DNA from: Myxococcota bacterium
GTDB lineage: Bacteria > Myxococcota_A > SURF-8
NCBI GenBank assembly: GCA_963674735.2
Contig: CAXXQS010000001.1
Location: 1,760,001-1,824,000, forward strand
Direction: 5' to 3'
DNA: 64,000 nt
The translations under genes and the position numbers were made by a program. Under the pieces are notes generated by a model. It did no database searches. It was given only the letters and a program-made list of their open reading frames with translations, and had not been told where the DNA came from. This document shows positions 39,422 to 47,593 of this stretch, piece by piece; positions within the stretch are counted from its first letter, which is position 1; every line of letters starts with the position of its first letter.

Positions 39422-39450
39422 AAAAAAGGGAGGCCCGCAAGCCTCCCTTT
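39422..39450. terminator. Bidirectional terminator
   Basis: AAAGGGAGGC-CCGCAA-GCCTCCCTTT between convergent genes. Confidence 0.8.
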
Positions 39451-39468
39451 ACTTATCGGAATCCCACT

Positions 39469-39792
39469 TTACTTCAGGATTTCCTGGAGCTTGAGGGACA
39501 GAGGCAGGTTACCCTGCACTTTGAGCTTCTGGCTCATGTAAAGCTGCATGGGGTTGGCGGTTTTGTTCATCATCGCCTCGAAGTCTTCACCCTGGAGAAT
39601 GATGACACAACCCGGATTATCCGCCGGGCCTTCAGTTACCGAACCGGGAGCGCTGGTCAGATCCAAGGTCCAGGTACCGCCATTGTCGCCTTCGATGTTG
39701 AACTGGAACACCGCATTGACGTTGCCCGCGATATCGGGGTTGGCCTGAAGCTTTGCATCAATTTGGCTGATCAATTCTTGGGGAGTCGCCAT
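39469..39792 (-). CDS. Stand-alone SCP2 sterol/lipid carrier protein
   Basis: VFQFNIEG..GGTW.LDL, NPMQLYMSQKLKVQGNL; start MATPQ with GGA-rich RBS. Confidence 0.88.
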   Translation of the reverse strand: MATPQELISQIDAKLQANPDIAGNVNAVFQFNIEGDNGGTWTLDLTSAPGSVTEGPADNPGCVIILQGEDFEAMMNKTANPMQLYMSQKLKVQGNLPLSLKLQEILK

Positions 39793-39857
39793 TTCCTTTT
39801 CCTCCACGTTTTCTGGGTTTGCAAATGCGGGTAACGACCGCATATCGGCTCTTAAAT

Positions 39858-39911
39858 GAATGATCGTTCACTCGCTGGCATTTTTATAGTACACGCCCCC
39901 GATGGTGTCAA
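39858..39911 (-). promoter_or_regulatory. Sigma70 promoter of the SCP2 gene with downstream operator-like palindrome
   Basis: TTGACA-N17-TATAAA (39911-39883); GAATGA-TCGT-TCACTC at 39858-39873. Confidence 0.65.
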
Positions 39912-40071
39912 GTGCTTTTAGTTTCGATGCGTTGCGTGATTTCCAAGCCTTATGGAATTGACAAAAACGGTAATCCATCAATCCAACCGGTCCCCCCCTT
40001 CTTTTTTCAAAAATTGCAGAACTCAAAACAGAAACGGGAACCGTCATCGGGAACAAAAACAGCATCAGCCT

Positions 40072-41097
40072 TTAATGGTCATACCCATCCTCGGCCAAGT
40101 TTACTTTGCCGCGAAAGGCCCGGTAGAACCAAATCGTATATCCCAAAACGATCGGCATGCCGACAAGAGCGATTCCCAACATCCAGCTAAGCGTGAGTTG
40201 AGATGATGACGAGTTGAAGATGCTCAGGCTGTTAGCCGCGATGTTATTGGCAGGTAATAAATTAGGGTAAACTGCCGCGGCAACCAAAAGGAAATTGAAG
40301 GCAATGCCCACCGACGATGCAATAAAGGCTTTCACCAGTTTGCCTTTCATATTCAACAGCGGAATCGCCAGCACCGTTATCGCCGCCAAAACAGGTAAAC
40401 TCCACAAAGCCGGTACCATAGTATAATTGACCCAATGCTGTTCCTGTATCGCCAAACTCACCACCCCCGACAAAAACCATAAGGCAACGTACGTAAACAA
40501 ACTGATATTAGACCACTTCCGCGCTCGCAGAGCCAGCTCTCCGTCGGTTTTAAGACGAATATAGAGCGCTCCGTGCCCGGCAATCATCGCCAGTCCCGTT
40601 ACGCCGATTAAAAGACTGTATGGATTCAGCAGCCCCAGAAGACCTTCCCGGTAATTCCCTTCAGCATCCAGCGGTACGCCGTTGAGCACGTTGCCGATCG
40701 CCACTCCAAAAATCAAGGCCGCCACGATGGAACACACAGAGAACACGACATCCCATCGTCCTCGCCACCTCGGGGTCTCTTCCAAATCACGAAACTCGAA
40801 GCTGACGGCCCGGAATATGAGCGCGAACAGCACAATCATCAGGGCCGCATAAAATCCACTAAACACGGCTGCATACACCATCGGAAAAGCGGCAAACAGC
40901 GCTCCGCCGCCCGTGATCAACCACACCTCGTTACCATCCCAAAAAGGCGCGATACTGCGCATCATCGTCCGGCGCTCGTCATCGCCTTTCGAAAAAAGAT
41001 GCCAAAAGCCGACACCCAGGTCGAAGCCGTCGAGGACGGCGTACCCAATCAACAGAACCGCCACCAGAGCAAACCAAATGATCTGTAAGGTCGCCAT
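40072..41097 (-). CDS. cydB: Cytochrome bd oxidase subunit II
   Basis: LDGFDLGVG, PFWDGNEVW, FAAFP, RAVSFEFR. Confidence 0.95.
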   Translation of the reverse strand: MATLQIIWFALVAVLLIGYAVLDGFDLGVGFWHLFSKGDDERRTMMRSIAPFWDGNEVWLITGGGALFAAFPMVYAAVFSGFYAALMIVLFALIFRAVSFEFRDLEETPRWRGRWDVVFSVCSIVAALIFGVAIGNVLNGVPLDAEGNYREGLLGLLNPYSLLIGVTGLAMIAGHGALYIRLKTDGELALRARKWSNISLFTYVALWFLSGVVSLAIQEQHWVNYTMVPALWSLPVLAAITVLAIPLLNMKGKLVKAFIASSVGIAFNFLLVAAAVYPNLLPANNIAANSLSIFNSSSSQLTLSWMLGIALVGMPIVLGYTIWFYRAFRGKVNLAEDGYDH

Positions 41098-41107
41098 GAT
41101 TTCCTCC

Positions 41108-42433
41108 TTAAGCCTGCGTGGCGTCGTACGGGTCCGGCCCCTTCGCGATCAACTTCTTCAGCATGTAAATCCAAAGCGTAAACAGGATGCCGTAAGCAAC
41201 CACAAACGCAATCAGAGAAACCAGCACGGCCCCAGCATCCACATTGGGCGAAATAGCATCACGGGTACGAATGACATGGTAAACCGCCCAGGGCTGGCGC
41301 CCGACCTCGGCAACGATCCAGCCGAGCAAATTGGCAACGTGCGGCAGCGGGATCATCAGCACCGCCAGTTTTAAAAACCATTTATTTTTGTCAAGCAGGT
41401 TTTCGTATTGCAGATACAAGCCCCACACCACGAAAGCCACAAAAGCAAATCCGATCAGCACCATGAAGTGGAAACCGAAAAACGGCAGGATCACCGGAGG
41501 TCGATCTTCTTTCGGAAATTCTTTGAGGCCGGTCACCACACGATTCGAGTCACCATGAGCCAGGATGGAAAGAAACGGGGGCATTTCAATTGCAAAATAG
41601 AATCTCTCGTTCTCGACATCGGGAATACCGAACAATTTGAGAGGAGCACGGTTCGTGGTTTCGAAATGCCCTTCCATGGCCGCCAATTTCTCCGGCTGCG
41701 AATTGACCACCTGCACCGCATGCCAGTGACCGAAAGCAACTTGCGCTAACGTCGCGAAAAAAGCGATGAACAGCGCCATTTTCATGGACTGCGCAGCAAA
41801 ACGCATATGCTTGTTTTTAAGCAGATACATGGCACTGATACCCATCACCATGAATGCCCCGGTAATCAGCGCGGCATCGACTGTGTGGAAAAAGCGTGGA
41901 GCAGTGGAAGGGTTGGCGGCTGCAGCCCAAAAATCGGTCAGAACCGCCCGGCCATCGAGAATCGTATAGCCATCAGGAGTTTGCATCCAACTATTGGCAA
42001 TCAAAATCCACAAAGAGGACAATGTGGACCCGACGGCCACCATCAACATCGAAAACCACAACAATCGGGGTGAAAAGCGTTTCCAACCAAAAACCAGGAC
42101 ACCAAGAAAGGTGGATTCAAGGAAAAAAGCGAAAATCCCCTCGGCAGCCAATGGCGCACCGAAGATGTCCCCAACAAAGCGCGAATAGTCAGCCCAATTC
42201 GTGCCGAATTGAAATTCCAGAGTCAGTCCGGTAGCCACACCCACAGCGAAGGTCGCCGTAAATATTTTTATCCAAAAATGTGCCGTCGTATACCAGAAGT
42301 CCGAACCGGTGTTCTTCCAGCGAGTCATCATCCAAACGATCACCCAAGCCATCCCGATCGTAATGGGCGGGAAAATGAAATGGAATCCAGCCGTAAAAGC
42401 GAATTGGATCCGAGCAAGTAAAGCGGCATCCAT
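41108..42433 (-). CDS. cydA: Cytochrome bd oxidase subunit I
   Basis: ARIQFAFT..FH, EFQFGTNW, NSWMQTP, QPEKLAAME, EVGRQPW; start MDAALL. Confidence 0.95.
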   Translation of the reverse strand: MDAALLARIQFAFTAGFHFIFPPITIGMAWVIVWMMTRWKNTGSDFWYTTAHFWIKIFTATFAVGVATGLTLEFQFGTNWADYSRFVGDIFGAPLAAEGIFAFFLESTFLGVLVFGWKRFSPRLLWFSMLMVAVGSTLSSLWILIANSWMQTPDGYTILDGRAVLTDFWAAAANPSTAPRFFHTVDAALITGAFMVMGISAMYLLKNKHMRFAAQSMKMALFIAFFATLAQVAFGHWHAVQVVNSQPEKLAAMEGHFETTNRAPLKLFGIPDVENERFYFAIEMPPFLSILAHGDSNRVVTGLKEFPKEDRPPVILPFFGFHFMVLIGFAFVAFVVWGLYLQYENLLDKNKWFLKLAVLMIPLPHVANLLGWIVAEVGRQPWAVYHVIRTRDAISPNVDAGAVLVSLIAFVVAYGILFTLWIYMLKKLIAKGPDPYDATQA

Positions 42434-42684
42434 AACGGTATCCTCCCCGAAGAAATGATGACGACCAAAATGGTTGGCCAAGCATACCAAAGCCGGACAA
42501 TCTGTCAAGTTATAGCCATTACATTTTAGATTATTGCTTTTTTCTTTCATGAAGTTCCCACTGATTCTCCCTCATTTTAATCGATTGAAGGTTGCAATTG
42601 CATATGGCTTATGGCAAAAGAGAACAGCAAGTTAAGCTCCTAAACTAGCCTACAAACGATAATTGAATCTAAGGAGATACAGAA

Positions 42685-43461
42685 ATGAACTTCCATACTC
42701 GCTTCGGATTGGTTTTCTGCCTGATTCTCATTCCCGGCCTGTTATTTGCGCAAGACGCAGCCAAAAAACAAACAACTCCGGCAAAACTTACCGCACAAGA
42801 AATTGCGGAAAAAATGGACGACACCATCAGTGGTTATGACGACCAATCGATGGATGTGTCGTGGGACATCGTTGACGTAGACGGCTCAGTCAAAAAATAC
42901 GGGCTCTCCGTTATCCAGAAAGGATCGAAAAAACGCCTGATTCGCTTCACGTCCGGTGAAGTGAAGAATATGTCGATTCTCATCGATGACCGGAAAATGT
43001 ATGTGTATTTGCCCGGATATCGCAAGGTACGCCGTGTAGCCGCTCATAACATGAACCAACGATTTGCCGGTTCCGATTTCACCAACGATGACATGGCAGC
43101 GGTACGCTGGTCCGACGATTGGGATTTCAGCATCACCAAAGAGGACGATGCCAATTGGATTATGCGCGGGGATGCCAAACCGGGAAAGGACCTGAATTAT
43201 CACCATATTTACATTACAGTCGGCAAAGCGGAAAACCGACTGCAGTTGGCTGAATACTACAATAAAAAAGATGAGATGGTGAAACGCTACGAGTTACGCG
43301 ATGTAAAAACCTTCCCGGGTGGAGCCAGAGGCGCTTCTTTAGTACAGATGAGCGATCCCCGCACTGGCCATAAAACAATCTTGTATGTTCACTCCATGGA
43401 AGCCAACCAAGGACTCGAAGATAAAAAATTCACCGTTCGCAACCTGCAATGGGGCCGCTAA
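42685..43461 (+). CDS. LolA-like outer-membrane lipoprotein-sorting family protein, paralog 1
   Basis: Signal peptide; YLPGYRKVRRV...FAGSDFTNDD, YYNKKDE, FTVRNL. Confidence 0.82.
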   Translation: MNFHTRFGLVFCLILIPGLLFAQDAAKKQTTPAKLTAQEIAEKMDDTISGYDDQSMDVSWDIVDVDGSVKKYGLSVIQKGSKKRLIRFTSGEVKNMSILIDDRKMYVYLPGYRKVRRVAAHNMNQRFAGSDFTNDDMAAVRWSDDWDFSITKEDDANWIMRGDAKPGKDLNYHHIYITVGKAENRLQLAEYYNKKDEMVKRYELRDVKTFPGGARGASLVQMSDPRTGHKTILYVHSMEANQGLEDKKFTVRNLQWGR

Positions 43462-43537
43462 GCAATTGCTTTAATTTATCATTCACTTTCCAAGGGGAAA
43501 GTTTCGGTATTGAGTGGATTTCTTTGGTAGATTTCAC

Positions 43538-43596
43538 TTGACAAAACCTTTTGCATAACTAGAATGGCGTGTCAGCTACTGACTGACACGTCGGTC
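43538..43596 (+). promoter_or_regulatory. Sigma70-like promoter with TetR-type operator
   Basis: TTGACA-N16-TAGAAT; inverted repeat CGTGTCAG-N7-CTGACACG (43568-43590) overlapping GACTGAC-AC-GTCGGTC (43581-43596). Confidence 0.65.
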
Positions 43597-43612
43597 TAGC
43601 CGAGGAGAGGAC

Positions 43613-44272
43613 ATGGAACCGACCGAACGGCGACATAGCATCTTGATGGCGGCCAAACGCGTTTTCGCACGCCAAGGGTACCATGCAGCCGGAGTGGCCG
43701 ACATTATCGCGGAGGCCGGTATCGCTCGCGGCACCTTTTACCTGTACTTTAAAAGCAAGCGCGAAATCTTTTCGTCTCTTTTAGAGCACATTTTTAAAGC
43801 GGTCGGAGAGCAACTGCGCGATTTTCCGAAAAATGAGCCGCATCAGATTTTACAGACGATCCTGAGCAATGTCGAACGCATCAAAGACTTTTTCTTCCAG
43901 GACCCCGACCTGGCCAAGATTCTCATTAGGGAATCGACCGCTCTTGATGCCGACTCTTCGGAACGTTTGCAGGAAATCCGTCGAGTTCTAGCCATTCGTC
44001 TTACGGAACTTGTCCATCACTGGCAGAAAATCGGAATCCTCAGGCCGCTCGATCCGCAAGTGATCGCCTACGGAATCATCGGAGCCGTCAAGGAACTCAT
44101 CGAGCAATCGTTGATTTCCGGAAATTTGTCGACCGATGGCGGCCGGATCACGGAAGAAATTTTCGAGGTTTTCCTCTTCGGTATCGTATCGCCCGAACAC
44201 AACCAATTGGCGGTTGAGCATATTGAAGAAATCGGCGGTTTGAACCCCGGAACCAATAAAGACCTTACATAG
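43613..44272 (+). CDS. TetR/AcrR family transcriptional regulator
   Basis: HTH IIAEAGIARGTFYLYFKSKREIF. Confidence 0.92.
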   Translation: MEPTERRHSILMAAKRVFARQGYHAAGVADIIAEAGIARGTFYLYFKSKREIFSSLLEHIFKAVGEQLRDFPKNEPHQILQTILSNVERIKDFFFQDPDLAKILIRESTALDADSSERLQEIRRVLAIRLTELVHHWQKIGILRPLDPQVIAYGIIGAVKELIEQSLISGNLSTDGGRITEEIFEVFLFGIVSPEHNQLAVEHIEEIGGLNPGTNKDLT

Positions 44273-44337
44273 CGGCGTCCAGACAGCCATCGGAACCGGA
44301 CGTCGCGGAATTCAACTCGATACTGAAGGAGTCATCG

Positions 44338-45105
44338 ATGTTTTATCCTCACGCGGTCGCCCGGCGCAGACTGATTCCAGCCATCATCTTTATCGCCCTG
44401 TTTACGGCCTTATCGGCTCAGGCAGCCAACACACCGGACGTAGTCGAAATCCTGCAAAAAATGGATGCCACCATTAGCGGATATGACGACCAAACCATGG
44501 ATGTTGAATTCAAAATCATCGGCACAGACAAATCAGAAAAAAAATACCAGCTTACGGTGCATCAACTCGGCACGCAAAAAAGACTGATCAAAATCGGATC
44601 GGGCGAATTGAAAGGCTTGCGTACCCTCATCGAAAGCCGCGACAGGATGTATGTCTTTCTGCCGGGTTTTCGCAAAGTCCGCCGCGTTGCCGCCCACAAC
44701 ATGAACCAGACTTTCGCCGGCTCGGATTTCACCAACGATGACATGGCCGCCACCAAATATGCGGATGACTACGAAGCATCAATCGACTCGGAAACCAAAA
44801 CCCAATGGCGATTACGCTGCAAGCCTAAAAGCGAAAGTAATTATTCTTACCTGATCATAACCGTAGAGAAAGACACCTTTAGCCAATCGGGCATCGAATA
44901 TTACGATAAAAGCGGCACCTTAGTTAAAGTATTCAAGGCCTGGAACTACACCACATTTGAAAAAGGTGCAAAGCGGTTCGGGATGGTATCCATGTCGGAC
45001 CCGCGTACCGGGCATGAAACATTTATGGAAATCAAAGACTTCCGCGTAAATGAGGGACTAACCAAGTCCATGTTCACGACGCGACATCTGCAATGGGGGC
45101 GTTAA
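44338..45105 (+). CDS. LolA-like outer-membrane lipoprotein-sorting family protein, paralog 2
   Basis: Signal peptide ending AQA; FLPGFRKVRRV...FAGSDFTNDD; ends LQWGR like paralog 1. Confidence 0.82.
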   Translation: MFYPHAVARRRLIPAIIFIALFTALSAQAANTPDVVEILQKMDATISGYDDQTMDVEFKIIGTDKSEKKYQLTVHQLGTQKRLIKIGSGELKGLRTLIESRDRMYVFLPGFRKVRRVAAHNMNQTFAGSDFTNDDMAATKYADDYEASIDSETKTQWRLRCKPKSESNYSYLIITVEKDTFSQSGIEYYDKSGTLVKVFKAWNYTTFEKGAKRFGMVSMSDPRTGHETFMEIKDFRVNEGLTKSMFTTRHLQWGR

Positions 45106-45108
45106 ACT

Positions 45109-46653
45109 ATGTTTTCGATTTGTAGAGTTAACTTTCGAGTTAAGACGGTTGTGGGATTAGGCCTATTTCTGGTCGTCTGGCTTCTCTCATACTCTTCGGC
45201 ATCCGCCGAGAACTGGACAGACAAGGTTGAGTTCTCCGGCTTCGTTCAAAGCGATATCCGGTACAACATCGATGATTATCGCGGCGCAGACCATGAAGAA
45301 GATTACGCCTTCCAGATGAACCGCAACGATGTCCGCTTCAAACTCGACATTTTCCCGACCGACAAGGTGATGACCGTCATCGATACGCGGTTGCGCTTTT
45401 ACGGCTTCAACGAAGCCGACGAATTGTCGCAGTATTCCCGCCGCAATCAGGTCGATCCCTGGAGCCTTCACCTGGACGAAGCCTACCTGATGGTGAAAGG
45501 TTTCTTATGGGAAAACATGGACCTGAAAATCGGGCGCATGATCCAGAACTGGGGAACGGTGGATCAATTCAACCCCACCAACAACCTCAACGCCATGGAT
45601 CTTTCCGATCCGCTCGATTATTCGGCCAAAGTTCCGAATGAAATGCTCGAAATCGACCTTTACCCGGCCGATTGGATCTCGCTGCATTTTATCTGGATTC
45701 CCTTCTTCAAACCAGCCATGCTTCCTCCCTCGGCTCCCTTGGCTTTCGCTGTGGAATATGAGGATAACGGTTGTTTCAAAAGCGCCCCAACACCGCCGCT
45801 GAAATCAGATCAAGTTCAGCAACTCATTGACTTATTCGGCTCTCTCAACGCCTGTGATCTGAACTTCGAAACACCGATCGTCAATACCATTCGCCCCAAA
45901 ATGAACATTCAGAACAGTCAGGCAGCCGCCAAGGCGCAGTTCCGCGTCGGCGATCTCGATTTTTCACTGAGCTATTTCTACGGTCGTTTCCAATTCCCGA
46001 TCCCGGTTACGGCGGTTGCGGATGTCGACAGCGACCCGGACAATCCAAGCAAGTTGAACGTTCTTTATCAAGCGGAAGTCATGTACCCGAAAATGCATGT
46101 CGCCGGTTTCGACTTCAGCTACTCGGCCCCGTGGTTCTTCGACGTGGGCTTCTTTGGGGAGGTCGCGGCGATTTTCCCTGAAGAAATCGTTTTCGCCATG
46201 CGTGCATTCCAAAACGGCACGGAATTGACCGATCTGCGCCTTGCGAATACCGTGCTGAAAACCGATCCGTTCGTGAAGGCCTCGGGCGGTTTCGATTACG
46301 CCTTCACCCAGTGGCTGTATTTGAACGTCATCTATGTATACGGCTTCTTCGATGAATTCAACGAGGTATTCGGTCTTCACCACTATGTATCGACAGCCGT
46401 GGAAATGAAATTCTTCGAGAATGAATTTCAGATTCGCCTGGCCAACGTCATCAGCGCCAGCGATCGTTCCGATGCCCTGTTCCCGCAAATAACCTGGATC
46501 GTTTACCCATCCGTAGAGCTGATCGGCGGTGCGTTCTTCTATTTCGGGAGCACCAAGCTGTCGGACCCGAATGATTACGGCAGCAAAACTTACTTCGGGC
46601 AAAAAGCTTCGGGGCGTAACGTGGCCTTCTTGAAGGCCAAGGTCAGTTGGTAG
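45109..46653 (+). CDS. Outer-membrane beta-barrel protein (DUF1302-like)
   Basis: Signal peptide, LDEAY, DLKIGR.I.NWG..D..NPT, alternating strands, C-terminal LKAKVSW beta-signal. Confidence 0.75.
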   Translation: MFSICRVNFRVKTVVGLGLFLVVWLLSYSSASAENWTDKVEFSGFVQSDIRYNIDDYRGADHEEDYAFQMNRNDVRFKLDIFPTDKVMTVIDTRLRFYGFNEADELSQYSRRNQVDPWSLHLDEAYLMVKGFLWENMDLKIGRMIQNWGTVDQFNPTNNLNAMDLSDPLDYSAKVPNEMLEIDLYPADWISLHFIWIPFFKPAMLPPSAPLAFAVEYEDNGCFKSAPTPPLKSDQVQQLIDLFGSLNACDLNFETPIVNTIRPKMNIQNSQAAAKAQFRVGDLDFSLSYFYGRFQFPIPVTAVADVDSDPDNPSKLNVLYQAEVMYPKMHVAGFDFSYSAPWFFDVGFFGEVAAIFPEEIVFAMRAFQNGTELTDLRLANTVLKTDPFVKASGGFDYAFTQWLYLNVIYVYGFFDEFNEVFGLHHYVSTAVEMKFFENEFQIRLANVISASDRSDALFPQITWIVYPSVELIGGAFFYFGSTKLSDPNDYGSKTYFGQKASGRNVAFLKAKVSW

Positions 46654-46662
46654 GAGAGAGTC

Positions 46663-47562
46663 ATGACAAATACATACACAATGATCAGTACGTTTCTCGT
46701 TTTATCTTTCCTGCTGGCGGTTCCGGGATGTGGCTGGAAAACGGACGGTGCCGAGCGCTTGTCCGACCGCTATGACACGGATGGCGATTTGGATGCAGAG
46801 GAGGAAATCGAAGCAATCGAGCTAGAAAAAGTCGAAGGCGAAGGCTTGGTCGGACGCTGGGCCGTGCGGATGGTTCTTCACGGCACGATGGCTCCTCTGG
46901 GCTCGCCCTGGGACATCACGTTGAACAACTTGTTTATCGCCGATATCTCGGAAGATGAGACCGAGATGACTTGGACTTTCTGCAACCAGGTCGTTAATAT
47001 CGACGCGGGCGATGGCGGAAGCGGAAGCACTCCTTTGGGCACTAATGAAATCCCCGTTGCCCTACGCGACGCGCTCGCAAATGCTCCTATCACCTTCATT
47101 CTGCCCGGTGACGGCACGATGCCGGATCAACAAATGGGCTGGACCTGGGGACTGAAAGATATGGATGACATCATCAACGATCCGCTCCCCAGCGACGATC
47201 CCAATGGGCCTAAAATATGGGACCAGGATGAGGACGGCCATACTGGAGCCACCGTTCATGTTTTGAATCCCGAAGGCGACCGCTACATGATCCGCCGGGC
47301 CGTGTGGGATATCGCAGAAGCCCAGCTAAGCGATGATGAAACCTGGATAACATCTACCGTCGTTTTCCAGATCGACGAACACGCCTTTGAGGGCACGACC
47401 TTCGGCCTCGACCAGGTGGCGCCGATTACCGCCACGGAAGTAACACATCCCATCCACTATTTGCGTGTACCGGGGGAAGAAGCAGGAGAAAATGCGTTCA
47501 CCTGCGAAACCTTGCGCAATGACTACCAAGGGCTCTTCCTGAACGCACCGGAAGTTGAATAG
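46663..47562 (+). CDS. Acidic lipoprotein of unknown function
   Basis: Lipobox VPGC, DTDGD linker, WDQDEDGHTG Ca-loop-like motif. Confidence 0.7.
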   Translation: MTNTYTMISTFLVLSFLLAVPGCGWKTDGAERLSDRYDTDGDLDAEEEIEAIELEKVEGEGLVGRWAVRMVLHGTMAPLGSPWDITLNNLFIADISEDETEMTWTFCNQVVNIDAGDGGSGSTPLGTNEIPVALRDALANAPITFILPGDGTMPDQQMGWTWGLKDMDDIINDPLPSDDPNGPKIWDQDEDGHTGATVHVLNPEGDRYMIRRAVWDIAEAQLSDDETWITSTVVFQIDEHAFEGTTFGLDQVAPITATEVTHPIHYLRVPGEEAGENAFTCETLRNDYQGLFLNAPEVE

Positions 47563-47593
47563 CTGACCTTCAATTTGTTAGCGAGGAACGGTC

